A DNA stretch of 64,000 nt from Ignavibacteriales bacterium (GTDB taxonomy: Bacteria > Bacillota > Clostridia > Acetivibrionales > UBA4821), in NCBI GenBank assembly GCA_050260055.1, contig JBLNBO010000003.1:38629-102628 (forward strand). Reading direction: 5' to 3'. Below, in pieces: positions 49,047 to 60,849 of the stretch (its first letter is position 1; each line of letters starts with the position of its first letter). Under the pieces are notes generated by a model, which saw only the letters and a list, made by a program, of their open reading frames with translations, did not search any database and had not been told where the DNA came from. The translations under genes were made by a program, and so were the position numbers.

Positions 49047-50059
49047 TTAAAAAGATAGGTTCATTCTTTGGAAAAGCCTCTAAAATAATAAGTATAATTT
49101 TTTTGGTAATTGCTCTGGTTGGGCTTGCAGGAATGCTGAAAATGAATGCTCTGATTAATGAAGAAATGCCCCAAGAAAACAGTCAGGTTTATAAGACCCT
49201 GATTAAATATCTTGATAATGCAGAAACAAACGGATTTGAAAAGATTAAGCCAATTCCTCTTTTAAGTCAACTGGATTCCGTAGGAATAGTAATTACCGAT
49301 CAGGCAGGCAATATTGTACATAAAACATTTCCGGATAAACCTGACTCTTTGTTTTCAGGAATGACTAAGTTTAATGTCTTTTCAGATTTAGGGGGATTTA
49401 CCTATATTCTTGATCAGAATGATAATTTAAAATGCTTATTCTTTGGGAAATTCGGAAAAAGCAACATACGGAATCAGCAGAAATTATATGAACTTGGGAA
49501 CCCTGAATGGAATAACTTTGTTCTTTCTTCTCCAAATAATATTGGAATGAAGCTAACACGTTTAAATAAAGCCTATGTTAATTCGGACGGCAGTTTTTCC
49601 CTCTCCCGCGATGAAAAAATGAAAAATCCAGTTGCTTATCCATGCGAAACTATAATAGTGAAGTCAAGCGCAGGAAAGTTCAATCTCTACTTTTTCCGGA
49701 TGCCGCATTTTGGCTTGTTTGAGATGATAAACGAAGGTTATTTTGCAGAATTTATTATTGACCCATTTTCATTCTTCCAAGAAAATGAATTTAGAGAAAT
49801 TGTTCTTTCAGACCATGTCAGCATCGTAACAAAACACCAGGTGTATAGAGATATCTTTTTCATAGCTATGATAATTGCTTTACTTATATCCTTAATCTTT
49901 GTTGTAGTATGGGTATTCATAGATGCAAAAACAAGAAGTCTCCCCAGGCTTCCATGGGCATTACTGGTTCTTCTTACAAATCTAATCGGCATAATAATCT
50001 ATCTGATCATAAGACATCCGGGAAGCTCTTCGGCCATTCCTGAAACAAAAAATGTTTAA
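49043..50059 (+). CDS. membrane protein with a C-terminal PLD-nuclease-N-like (PLDc_N) TM hairpin
   Basis: ATGA overlap with the anti-sigma gene. C-terminal WVFIDAKTRSLPRLPWALLVLLTNLIGIIIYLIIR. Confidence 0.55.
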   Translation: MIKKIGSFFGKASKIISIIFLVIALVGLAGMLKMNALINEEMPQENSQVYKTLIKYLDNAETNGFEKIKPIPLLSQLDSVGIVITDQAGNIVHKTFPDKPDSLFSGMTKFNVFSDLGGFTYILDQNDNLKCLFFGKFGKSNIRNQQKLYELGNPEWNNFVLSSPNNIGMKLTRLNKAYVNSDGSFSLSRDEKMKNPVAYPCETIIVKSSAGKFNLYFFRMPHFGLFEMINEGYFAEFIIDPFSFFQENEFREIVLSDHVSIVTKHQVYRDIFFIAMIIALLISLIFVVVWVFIDAKTRSLPRLPWALLVLLTNLIGIIIYLIIRHPGSSSAIPETKNV

Positions 50060-50110
50060 GTATATCTTTAAAGAAAAAGCTTCGCTGACGCGAAGCTTTT
50101 TCTTTAAGCT

Positions 50111-50770
50111 TTATTCTTCTTCCGGCAAGAGCAGTTCCATTTGTTTAATAAATTCAGCGGCCTCGATGAATTTTTCATCCAACTGGGTGCTTCCGGTGAG
50201 TTCTTTGTAATGGCGGCGAATTATTACGACTGTCTGCATAATAAGCTTTATTGAATTGAGCAGCCCTTTTTTGGACTCAACAACATAATACTCTATGCCG
50301 CATTCGTCAAGGATTCTTCTGAAGCCCTGGCCCTGCTCTTCAGCAACGTCCCTGTCCCCCTGGGTACGGCCTTCCATCTCAAAGTCAAGGTCTCCGCGGT
50401 TTACAAAGATATTAACATTGTTGTACTGCTTGCTATATTCAAGAATAAGGTTCTTGTATGCTTCTGCATAACTTGCCTTCGGATCAAGATAGAACAAGCT
50501 TACCAGCGGTGAAGCCTCACTAACAACAATTTCAACCTCTCCATCCAGATTTTCAAGTATCTTGGTATGTTTTCCAAAGATATAAATCTGCCGCTTTAGG
50601 GTCCAATACCGTTTTTCCCAGACCAGGCTTTTGGGAAACTCGATTGCAGCTTCAACAACCATTCCGAAGACTTTAAGTATCCACATCAATCCGTACAGCA
50701 GAGTACTTTTGCCAGTTCCGGCCCCTCCAAACAGATTTACAACCAACGTCTTTTTGCCCTCATTTTCCAT
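50111..50770 (-). CDS. P-loop NTPase (AAA_28 / kinase-like), GC-rich
   Basis: Walker A FGGAGTGKST. Start set at MENEGKK (GGAG 9 nt upstream). A bidirectional terminator lies at about 50069-50098. Confidence 0.6.
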   Translation of the reverse strand: MENEGKKTLVVNLFGGAGTGKSTLLYGLMWILKVFGMVVEAAIEFPKSLVWEKRYWTLKRQIYIFGKHTKILENLDGEVEIVVSEASPLVSLFYLDPKASYAEAYKNLILEYSKQYNNVNIFVNRGDLDFEMEGRTQGDRDVAEEQGQGFRRILDECGIEYYVVESKKGLLNSIKLIMQTVVIIRRHYKELTGSTQLDEKFIEAAEFIKQMELLLPEEE

Positions 50771-51070
50771 TCCAACCATCTCCTTTTTTACTGTCCTTTG
50801 CTTTCTTCGCAACCTTTCTCCCATTTCGGCAGAGCCTTTTTGATAAACCTTAGCAACAAGTGTTTCAGCTAATATAATTTAATATTGGTATATATCTTTA
50901 AAATAATATCACACTCTCTTTTAGCGGTCAATGTATAACAGCTATTATCTTCTTTAATTTTCCATTTTCTTCATTGATTTATTACTGTGTATTTTTTGCG
51001 TAAAAATATGTAGAAATACTGGAGTAGACTATTTCTCTGTGGTATAATACGTAAGTTGTTTAAATATTAA

Positions 51071-52684
<1,614 letters not shown>

Positions 52685-52696
52685 GGAGAACAAACT

Positions 52697-52942
52697 ATGG
52701 AGATAAAAAGCGGTAAATATAAGCATTACAAGGGCGGACTATATCAAGTAATCGGAGTTGCAAAACATAGTGAAACCCTAGAAGATTATGTCGTTTATAT
52801 GTCTCTTCATGAATGCCGTACCGGAGGCATAGGCTCTTTTTGGATAAGACCAAGATCAATGTTTGAGGAAGTAATCAATCACGAAGGAAAAGACGTTTTT
52901 AGATTTGAATATATTGGAGAAAATAATATTCAAGACTCTTAA
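52697..52942 (+). CDS. DUF1653 domain protein
   Basis: 81 aa. YKHYKGGLYQV.G.A.HSET.E..VVY pattern. Confidence 0.75.
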   Translation: MEIKSGKYKHYKGGLYQVIGVAKHSETLEDYVVYMSLHECRTGGIGSFWIRPRSMFEEVINHEGKDVFRFEYIGENNIQDS

Positions 52943-53053
52943 ATAAATAATATCTTTTATACCCATAGGGCGCCAACCCACTAAGTCTATTATTGTATAT
53001 TTTAAATCACTCTTGGAGAAACTTTTAAGAATTATTATCCAGGAGTGATTTTT

Positions 53054-53611
53054 TTGAATTATGAATTAGTTGATGAATTCAGGCTTAACTGGGTTATTAC
53101 AGTAATTTTGAATATTGCCGCAGGTATAGTATTTGCAGCCGGCTTTTACGGTTTTTTGTATTTATATTTTACATTTTCAACAGATATTCTCGGTGAGAAA
53201 CTGCTAGCAAATTCTAATCTGTGGATAGCATATGCGGCAGTGCTTTTTCAGGCAGTGCTTCATGAATACAGTCATGGAATCGGTTATAGGCTAAGCGGCG
53301 GCAAGGTAAAATACGGAATCAAATGGTTGTGCCCTTATTGTATGGAAAAGTCGGGCCTGTATTATCCAACAAACAATTTTATTTTAACCCTCATACTTCC
53401 ATTGATAACCGGAACAATTGCGGCAGTATTGGCTTTCATTGCTTTCCCCCAATATCTTTACTATATCGTCATCTGTGTATTAACAAACATCTCCGGTGCG
53501 GCCGGAGATATTATGATGCTGTTTTTTATAATATTAAAAAGGAACAGAGGCCAGTATATTAAAGATGAGCCTTACGGGTTCAGTATGTATAGAAGGGTTA
53601 TCCTTGAATAA
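53054..53611 (+). CDS. DUF3267-type putative membrane zincin peptidase
   Basis: TM segments and an HEYSH (HExxH) motif. Start is uncertain: TTG 53054 lies 8 nt after AGGAG, while the track uses GTG 53045. Confidence 0.6.
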   Translation: MNYELVDEFRLNWVITVILNIAAGIVFAAGFYGFLYLYFTFSTDILGEKLLANSNLWIAYAAVLFQAVLHEYSHGIGYRLSGGKVKYGIKWLCPYCMEKSGLYYPTNNFILTLILPLITGTIAAVLAFIAFPQYLYYIVICVLTNISGAAGDIMMLFFIILKRNRGQYIKDEPYGFSMYRRVILE

Positions 53612-53644
53612 CCTGCGAATTTTACCTAACAAAAAAGAAGGGTT

Positions 53645-54217
53645 CTATTTTTCTCCCTTCTCTTTCATATAGTATGTTTCAACCTTCATGTTCAGCGACC
53701 ATTCTTCAACGCTAATTATCCTTAGTTCTCCCTGTGTTATTTTCATTTTAATTGGACTTGCCTTTAAGTAATTTATAAAATCAATTATATCCTGTTTTTT
53801 TCCTGTAACATTAACTCTTATAGGTTGCTTGCCATATTTCTTGCCGGCCTCTGTTTCCTTACCCTGAGCTTCCAGATTTGAGATTTGTAAATTGTGAGCT
53901 TTTACATAGTAGTAGAGCTCCAGATTTAATTGATTTATTTGATTTGCATTGGGAATTTGTTTGCCAATATCCTTTAACTCATTTTCCATCTTTGATAGTT
54001 TATCAGTGTTTCCTTTAATGTCTTTTCTTATCATATCAAGCTCTGAAAGCTTTTTTGCCTTTTCTTCGATTTTTACTTGAAAGGTATCTATTTTAATAAC
54101 CTGATTGCTAAAGACATAGGTAAAGTATGCGTACCCGATTCCAGATACGACAAGAATACCAAATATTAATTTTTGCACCCTATTCTTGTCCAATATACTT
54201 CCCCCAAATTCCTTCAA
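53645..54217 (-). CDS. PilO-like type IV pilus assembly protein (second copy)
   Basis: N-terminal TM, a coiled coil and a C-terminal alpha/beta domain, located after pilM-pilN. Confidence 0.55.
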   Translation of the reverse strand: MKEFGGSILDKNRVQKLIFGILVVSGIGYAYFTYVFSNQVIKIDTFQVKIEEKAKKLSELDMIRKDIKGNTDKLSKMENELKDIGKQIPNANQINQLNLELYYYVKAHNLQISNLEAQGKETEAGKKYGKQPIRVNVTGKKQDIIDFINYLKASPIKMKITQGELRIISVEEWSLNMKVETYYMKEKGEK

Positions 54218-54234
54218 AGCTAATTCTTTAAAGC

Positions 54235-54762
54235 TTAATCTTTCATACTGTACAAGTCTACTTCTATTCTCCCTGAGTAATTTTTTGGATTTGCCTGAAT
54301 ATAAAAGCTCTTGATTACAAGCTTTCTATCAAACCCTTTAAAATAATTTATTGCTGATTTAATCTCATCAAGAGTACCGCTTAACTGAATTGAGAATCTA
54401 GTAATATTAAATTTTTCATTTTCAGTAGGGAAGCTCATATCAACATTTTCAGCCTTGATATTGCCTTCTTTTATCAGCTTATACATTTCCATAGTGATAT
54501 TCCCGCTTTCACTTTTGGAAGGGATTATCTGATTAAGCTGTTTTATCTGCTTCTCATAATCATTAATCATTCTTTTTGCTTCTGTTTTCTTTTCGCTCCA
54601 GACTTCTAACTTTTTGGCCTGCTCATATTTGAATTTATATTCATGGTTAAGAACCTCTATCCTCTCATTTGAAATAGAAAGGTAGTATTCATAAACTCCA
54701 TAGCCGACTCCCAAAAAAACTATTACGGCAAAAATTATCTTCTGGATTTTTTCCTTATTCAT
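54235..54762 (-). CDS. pilO: PilO-like type IV pilus assembly protein
   Basis: Same architecture as the neighbouring copy, directly downstream of pilN. Confidence 0.6.
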   Translation of the reverse strand: MNKEKIQKIIFAVIVFLGVGYGVYEYYLSISNERIEVLNHEYKFKYEQAKKLEVWSEKKTEAKRMINDYEKQIKQLNQIIPSKSESGNITMEMYKLIKEGNIKAENVDMSFPTENEKFNITRFSIQLSGTLDEIKSAINYFKGFDRKLVIKSFYIQANPKNYSGRIEVDLYSMKD

Positions 54763-54789
54763 ATCCTAAGCACCTTTCTTTCCTGTTGT

Positions 54790-55359
54790 CTAGTTACTGC
54801 TAAGCTTTAATTTCCTAAGCTTGAGTTTAAAACTAATCTCTGTTTTCTTATCAGCAATAGGAATGGTAGGCATATCAACCTGCTCAAAAATATTAAGCTT
54901 ATTTAAGTTGTCGACAAGTGCATTTGCTTCAATAGGATTATTGATAATATAAGACACCGATACCTCGAGTTTGTCATTAAATCCGATGTATGTTATTTCG
55001 ACTCCTTGAGGTACTGCCGAAGTTAGTTTATCTATAAGGGGAACTATATCAAATTCATTCTTGCTTATTTCCTCAATTATTTTCTTTTTGTTTTCAAGTT
55101 TTTCTTTTGCGGCATTTAGATTATTATAAAGGTCTTGAATATCTTTGAAGAATTCAATTTCTCTATCCAGATTATCGATTCTCTCTTGAAGAGAAAATAT
55201 TTTGAGTTCTGGAACATAATAAATACCAAAAGAAGTAAGGGTAAAGATAGCTGTTGCAAATGCAACTAAAAACATTCTTTGTACAGCCTTCCTTTGTTTA
55301 ATCACAAAATCAGGCACAAAATTTATATTCTTATTAACTTGCTTCTTTTTCTGCTTCAT
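54790..55359 (-). CDS. pilN: PilN-like type IV pilus assembly protein
   Basis: The N-terminal INF(V)P motif precedes a TM segment and coiled coil. ATG 55359 forms an ATGA overlap with the pilM stop. Confidence 0.7.
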   Translation of the reverse strand: MKQKKKQVNKNINFVPDFVIKQRKAVQRMFLVAFATAIFTLTSFGIYYVPELKIFSLQERIDNLDREIEFFKDIQDLYNNLNAAKEKLENKKKIIEEISKNEFDIVPLIDKLTSAVPQGVEITYIGFNDKLEVSVSYIINNPIEANALVDNLNKLNIFEQVDMPTIPIADKKTEISFKLKLRKLKLSSN

Positions 55360-56348
55360 TTGTCCGACCCTCCCATCAGCAAACCAAAACAACCGAAGTA
55401 TCTTTCAGGATGGAACTTGCTTTTCATCTTAAGAGGCATTGTAGTTGTCAAAAAGCTCTTAGAAAACTCTGTATTGCCGGGCCTAACCTTTATACCAAGA
55501 TTGTCTTGTATATACTCTGCGGCTTGGCTTAACATAGCCCCTCTTCCAATAATATATACCTCTTCCAGGCTTTTCCCGTGATGCCTTGTAGAAAAGAAGT
55601 TAAGATAGTTTTTCAATGTATCAACGGCAGATGTAAAATCTTCTCCAAGCTCTTCTATCTGAAGATTATTTAAGTGCACTTGCTCATCTATGCCGTCTTC
55701 CGGCTTTGGTATGGCAAAGCTGATTATTGAGTTTATAAACAAACTTTTACCTTCAAGCATCAAAAATTCAGTCTGATCATATGTCATATCCATTATTGCA
55801 CAATCATTGCCAACCAGCTTTATAAATAAATCGCTTACTGCATCAGAGTATATGCTTATAATTTTGGGCTTTAGCTTGCATTTTAAAAATATCTCTGCGT
55901 AATATTCTACAGTGCTCTTTGGAATTGCCACCAACAAAACAATGTAGTATGCCTTCTCATCCTTTTCGTTAATTTCCTGAATTTTATAATCAAAAAGATA
56001 TTCCTCTGGCTTAATTGGGAAATACTGTTTTATGCTAAGCTTCATAAAATTTTTCAAATCTTTAAATTCCATATTAGGGAGTTTGACCACACGGGTAATG
56101 ATTCCTTTGTCTGAAATGCAAAGCTTGTACTTGTTTTCTTTAAGACCGTTGTTTTTTAAAGCTTTACGAACAAGACCCGCCACAGCTTCCCTGCCTGCAG
56201 GGTCCTTGGACCTTGCAAATTCTTCAGGCACATCCAGCTGTACAGCTTTTGCTACTTCTATCTTATTTTTCTTTTTGTTATATCTGCATTCAGTAAACTT
56301 ATATGTGTTTTCCTGTATACTGATGCACAATTCCCATGAACCTGACAT
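55356..56348 (-). CDS. pilM: type IV pilus assembly ATPase-fold protein PilM
   Basis: 330 aa with an actin-like ATPase fold pattern, located upstream of pilN. Confidence 0.85.
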   Translation of the reverse strand: MSGSWELCISIQENTYKFTECRYNKKKNKIEVAKAVQLDVPEEFARSKDPAGREAVAGLVRKALKNNGLKENKYKLCISDKGIITRVVKLPNMEFKDLKNFMKLSIKQYFPIKPEEYLFDYKIQEINEKDEKAYYIVLLVAIPKSTVEYYAEIFLKCKLKPKIISIYSDAVSDLFIKLVGNDCAIMDMTYDQTEFLMLEGKSLFINSIISFAIPKPEDGIDEQVHLNNLQIEELGEDFTSAVDTLKNYLNFFSTRHHGKSLEEVYIIGRGAMLSQAAEYIQDNLGIKVRPGNTEFSKSFLTTTMPLKMKSKFHPERYFGCFGLLMGGSDK

Positions 56349-56363
56349 AAGTATCTCCTCTTT

Positions 56364-56780
56364 TTAGTTGATTTCCTTCCAGTATTGTATGTTAAAGTTA
56401 GTATCTTGTTTGATTACCTCTGCTTCAATTTTTCTTTTTGTAGCCCTAAATTTTCCCTCTGATGTTATTTTGTAAGAAGGAACATTTTTTTCTATGACAA
56501 CAGTAATACTGTGTTCTTCAGGATATTGCGTTTCAAAAGGCTTATTCAAGGTAAAACCCTCGGGAATATGGTCTGGATCGCTTGCCTTTATTATGGCTTC
56601 TGCTCTTTCAATTCCACTTTCAGCAATATAATAAGCCTTCATGCGGTTTTCAACTGATTGATGGATTTTTCTCTCAGAGCTGATAAGGGCATATACAGAA
56701 GAATACAGTATGCCAATAATGGCTACGATTATTACGACAAATAAAATTATTGCCCCTTCTTGCCCTTTCTTTTCTTTCAC
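56364..56780 (-). CDS. PilX-like minor pilin / pilus assembly protein
   Basis: An N-terminal hydrophobic helix lacks the canonical G-F-T-L-x-E motif. The A.Y(I)AE.GIE motif is common in PilX-like proteins. Confidence 0.5.
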   Translation of the reverse strand: MKEKKGQEGAIILFVVIIVAIIGILYSSVYALISSERKIHQSVENRMKAYYIAESGIERAEAIIKASDPDHIPEGFTLNKPFETQYPEEHSITVVIEKNVPSYKITSEGKFRATKRKIEAEVIKQDTNFNIQYWKEIN

Positions 56781-56844
56781 TTTTATTCCTCCATATATTT
56801 GTCTTTCCTTCCCTCGCCTGATGTGAGAGAAGGAAACAGATGGG

Positions 56845-57342
56845 TTAGTGAAGCCTTACTGCAGTTGAATATGTTTTATTCTCGCCGCTTCTTTGATTCC
56901 CACAAGAAATTGTAATTATTAGGATTTGGTCATTGTCATTATCTCTTTTAATTGAAAATTCTTTTATATTTCCAATAATTTTGTTGCCTTGGATATCTCT
57001 TAGCTCTCCATTATTCTTTGAATTATCATAGTAATAGTTTATCTCTCCATCTGAATCAGCCTGATTGGTATTGATTATTACTGCATCATTTTCATTCCTG
57101 ATTTTAGTTACTGTTCCTTCTGCTCCTATCTCTACAACCAGGCCTGTATTGCTCCTTATTTTTGTAACAATACGGTCTAATGCAATCCTTGCGTCCTGTT
57201 TAATTTCAATATCATTCTCTTTTGAATAATACTGCTTAATTTCATGGGTAAAGTATATCATAAAATATCCTATAACCAAACTGAAAATACCAATAGTTAC
57301 TATTACTTCCAGTAAAGTGAACCCGTTTCTAGAATTTCTCAT
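56845..57342 (-). CDS. prepilin-type N-terminal cleavage/methylation domain minor pilin (PilW-like)
   Basis: MRNSRNGFTLLEVIVTIGIF. Start set at ATG 57342 after GGAGGA. Confidence 0.7.
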   Translation of the reverse strand: MRNSRNGFTLLEVIVTIGIFSLVIGYFMIYFTHEIKQYYSKENDIEIKQDARIALDRIVTKIRSNTGLVVEIGAEGTVTKIRNENDAVIINTNQADSDGEINYYYDNSKNNGELRDIQGNKIIGNIKEFSIKRDNDNDQILIITISCGNQRSGENKTYSTAVRLH

Positions 57343-57387
57343 TTTATCCTCCGGAAAACACAACTATAATTGGTTGCTATAGTATTT

Positions 57388-60300
57388 TTAATAAGTCACT
57401 TTCAACATTGGAATATCCGGTCCTTCCTTACTGCTAAACATAACAATCTTGTTTGATGTCCTGGAATAAATATTTAGACTGAGAGTTTTATCAGAATACT
57501 CCTGCTGAGCATATGATGTCACATCTGCAGTACATTGAGCATATGTCGAGGTAACCGAAAATGTGTTTTGAACCCACCAATCGCTAGACGGAGAGTTGCT
57601 TTGGGTTATTGTATATTCGCTCCATGAATCATCAGTTACTTTATAAACATACATGGTTATGTTATTGCCGCCAGCGGTATTTTTTCCTTTTAATATCAGC
57701 TGAGCGCTCACCGGAGAAGAAGGCAGCCCTGTCATGTCAAACTTTATATATGTTTCTCTAAGTTTGTCTGAAGTTGTTGAAAAAGAGTAACAATCATAAA
57801 GGTTCGGGTCTGTTCCATAATTTATGTCCACATACGCGCCGCCTCTAAAGTATGCATCATCAGTAGGGTAAAATATCCTGGTTGTACGAGAAGCAGCCGG
57901 GATTACACAGACTTCATTTGAATTAGTACTCTCTCCTTTTGCATTTACTGCACTAACTACATAGTAATACTTTGTATCATTTATAAGATTAATATCCTGA
58001 TAGGATGTTGATGTTATCCCCGAAACCCTTGTAGTATAAGGCCCTTTAGGATAACTGCTTACTTTGAGCTTGTAGCTTACCGCCCCATCTGAAGCAGTCC
58101 AGGTCAGATTTGCCTTTGTATTAATACCTGTACCGACAAGATTCTGCGGCACCTTAGGCACTCCTTCAACCATCTTGACTATTAACTCCGGCTTGTTTGA
58201 TGCGGCTTCTTTACTGTTGATTGAAACTGTATTCGAAGAGACATTAAGCCCAATACTTATCAGGCCTCCTGCTGTATCTATCTGCTCGGCAATATAATTT
58301 GAAACATCAATCTCGTAATACTGCTGGGTAGTATTCATATTGACGGTACCAACTTCACTTTCAAGGATAGGCGCATTGTTCCATGTAATTGACCCCATGC
58401 CGCTTTCAATCCAAGTTGTATTTGAAACCTTATATGCCTTTAAATCTATGGAACTTGCAGAGGTCTTTCCATATACTCTTAATTTCGCAGAAACCGGAGT
58501 ATTATTTGTATAGCCTGCTAGGCTGAACCTTAGATATGTCTTTTTATTATTCACTCCGTCATTAACAACCCCAAGAACTGTATTGGTTCCATAGTTGGTA
58601 CTTGGATAATAACTTTCAACTCTGGCATCTGCCGCAGGATTTTTGGTTACGGTTATAGCTGTGTTAGGTGTCGCAGATGCCTGATTGGAATCGGCACTTT
58701 CTCCGGCAGCATTTATAGCAGAAACAACATAATAATATTCAGTTCCATTTGTCACACTGTTATCAACATAAGCTGCTGACGTTAGTCCTGAAGCCAGAAC
58801 AGCATATGGCCCTCCATCAGTTGTGCTTCTCTTGATTGTATAACTATCCACCTGCGAAGATGCACTCCATGATAATGTTACTTGTGCATTATCAGGAACA
58901 GCTTTTAGGTCCAGCGGAGCATCTGGCTTTTGCAGAGTCTTTAAAATAATAAGCTCCGGCTTATTTGATATACTCTCTTTACTGTTAAAAGAGAGCAGCT
59001 TGGCTGAATCTTTGCCTGCATATGCAACGCTCGCAATTTTAGTTCCAGCCATTATAGTTTTAATATAATCAGTTACATTTATCTCTTTATACGATTGAGT
59101 ATTATCAACTTGTACAGAACCAATTTCTTCTCCTAATGCAGGCGCATTGCTGTAAGTCATTGTGTTTTCTTCCCAATCTGAATCATCAACTTGATATAAA
59201 CCCATATTAACTGTAGTTGAATCGTCCAGATTGCTTCCATAAACTCTTAAGCGTGCACTTATAATTTCTCCATTCAGATTTGAAAGGTTATATCTTAAAT
59301 AGGCGATTCTTCTTTCGTTCGAGCCTTCAATATCATTTTTAATTTCCAACTTTGCATTACTGCCATAATTATTTGCCGAATATGTTCCTCCGCGGATATA
59401 AGTATCTGCATTCGAGTTTAACGTAACTGTCACACGTTTGTCCGGCGTTGTACTTGCTTCGTTTGAATCGAGGCCTTCTCCTGTAGAGCTTAAAGCAGAA
59501 ACCACATAATAATAGGTTGTCCCATTAGTCACTGTAGAATCTGTATAGCTTACACTTGTAACATTTGCTATTGTTGTATACGGCCCGCCTGATGTTAGGC
59601 TTCTTTTTACATTATAAGTCTCAGCACCTATAACCGTATCCCAGCTAAGTATTGCTTTGCAGTCATCAGGCTCAGCTATAAGATTTTGCGGCGCTGGCGG
59701 AGCAGCAGCCGGTGTCCAGACGACTTCGAGCAGAGGCCTGTTGCTTGAAGGATGACGGCTAACTGCTGTAACTGTTGTGCTGTTTGGAGAAGTAAATAAA
59801 AATCCGGCAGTCTGATCCCCTGCAAGCTCTGTTTTACAGTAGTTTGTTACATTCAGCTCTACATATCTATTAGTTGAATTGAAAGACAATGTTCCAAGAC
59901 TGCTTCCTGCTGCTGGAGCATCTGACCATGTAATCCCGGTTTCGGTCCAACCATCATCGGGAACCGTAGATACTTCAGAACTCAGCGTTCCATTAGCAGA
60001 ACCATATATCCTGAGTTTTGCAGAAATAAGCGTTCCTTGAATTGATGAAAGATCAAACTTTAGGTAAGAGTTATATTTTTGACTGCTGTTATTTCCATTT
60101 CTAGCAATAAGTTCATTTGCTGTTCCATAATTGGAAAAAGAATAAAACAGTCCTCCTCTGACATAAGCATCTGCAGTAGGCTCCAGTCCTGTTGTGTTTA
60201 TTATTATAATTGCATTTGCCTCATTGGATTCAGGCCCGCTGCCATTATCGTTTACTGCCCAGACAATATAGTAATAGCGGATTCCGGCCTCAACATCTGT

Positions 60301-60849
60301 ATCTGTATACATATCAGAGGTGATTCCGCTTGCTATCGCGGTAAAATTGGTTTCGCTTTCTGCTCTTCTTTTTACGCTGTATGAACTTGCATTAATTGCC
60401 CTTGACCAATTAAGGGTGATATTCTGAGCCGAAGGTACAGCAGTTAAATTCGTAGTCTCACTTGGAACATCATTTGATAATAAAAGAATATATGTAACAA
60501 AAACAAGGTCCTGCATCCCAAGCCGGGTATTTTTGGGATGAACCGTTACTGTTACCTTTTTTAGATTGGTTGTAAGGTAAGGGTCTTCTCCCGAATCATC
60601 AACCTCAACAGAATAGCCATTTATGCTGCTGCTTATAAGGCCTGTTTTGTATCTTTCAATGGCTTCCTGCGCAGCATAAAGCATCTTGTCTTTTTCATTC
60701 ATTTCATTTATGGTTTTTGTAGTAAGGCTTGAATCATAGGCAATATATGCCATACAAATACCAAGGATGGAGATTGAAATCATTATCTCCACCAATGAAA
60801 TACCGTTATTCTTTTTAAAAAACTTTCTAATACGTGCAGCTAATTCCAA
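57388..60849 (-). CDS. giant pseudopilin: prepilin-like N-terminus + 4 x (FN3 + DNRLRE-type beta-sandwich) modules
   Basis: The N-terminus NNGISLVEIMISISILGI is a class III signal-like helix. It is followed by four alternating FN3 domains (L.W....A.SY.(V/I)KR......Y..(I/L)......Y.D..V.NGT.YYYVVSA(V/I)N..GES..SN) and domains of about 170 aa (AD(A/T)Y(V/I)RGG....NYG....L........(R/K).(S/A/T)YL(K/R)F.L........A.LR(I/V)YG ... W.E..(I/M)T(W/Y)(S/N)NAP ... NKPELI). Confidence 0.8.
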   Translation of the reverse strand: MELAARIRKFFKKNNGISLVEIMISISILGICMAYIAYDSSLTTKTINEMNEKDKMLYAAQEAIERYKTGLISSSINGYSVEVDDSGEDPYLTTNLKKVTVTVHPKNTRLGMQDLVFVTYILLLSNDVPSETTNLTAVPSAQNITLNWSRAINASSYSVKRRAESETNFTAIASGITSDMYTDTDVEAGIRYYYIVWAVNDNGSGPESNEANAIIIINTTGLEPTADAYVRGGLFYSFSNYGTANELIARNGNNSSQKYNSYLKFDLSSIQGTLISAKLRIYGSANGTLSSEVSTVPDDGWTETGITWSDAPAAGSSLGTLSFNSTNRYVELNVTNYCKTELAGDQTAGFLFTSPNSTTVTAVSRHPSSNRPLLEVVWTPAAAPPAPQNLIAEPDDCKAILSWDTVIGAETYNVKRSLTSGGPYTTIANVTSVSYTDSTVTNGTTYYYVVSALSSTGEGLDSNEASTTPDKRVTVTLNSNADTYIRGGTYSANNYGSNAKLEIKNDIEGSNERRIAYLRYNLSNLNGEIISARLRVYGSNLDDSTTVNMGLYQVDDSDWEENTMTYSNAPALGEEIGSVQVDNTQSYKEINVTDYIKTIMAGTKIASVAYAGKDSAKLLSFNSKESISNKPELIILKTLQKPDAPLDLKAVPDNAQVTLSWSASSQVDSYTIKRSTTDGGPYAVLASGLTSAAYVDNSVTNGTEYYYVVSAINAAGESADSNQASATPNTAITVTKNPAADARVESYYPSTNYGTNTVLGVVNDGVNNKKTYLRFSLAGYTNNTPVSAKLRVYGKTSASSIDLKAYKVSNTTWIESGMGSITWNNAPILESEVGTVNMNTTQQYYEIDVSNYIAEQIDTAGGLISIGLNVSSNTVSINSKEAASNKPELIVKMVEGVPKVPQNLVGTGINTKANLTWTASDGAVSYKLKVSSYPKGPYTTRVSGITSTSYQDINLINDTKYYYVVSAVNAKGESTNSNEVCVIPAASRTTRIFYPTDDAYFRGGAYVDINYGTDPNLYDCYSFSTTSDKLRETYIKFDMTGLPSSPVSAQLILKGKNTAGGNNITMYVYKVTDDSWSEYTITQSNSPSSDWWVQNTFSVTSTYAQCTADVTSYAQQEYSDKTLSLNIYSRTSNKIVMFSSKEGPDIPMLKVTY

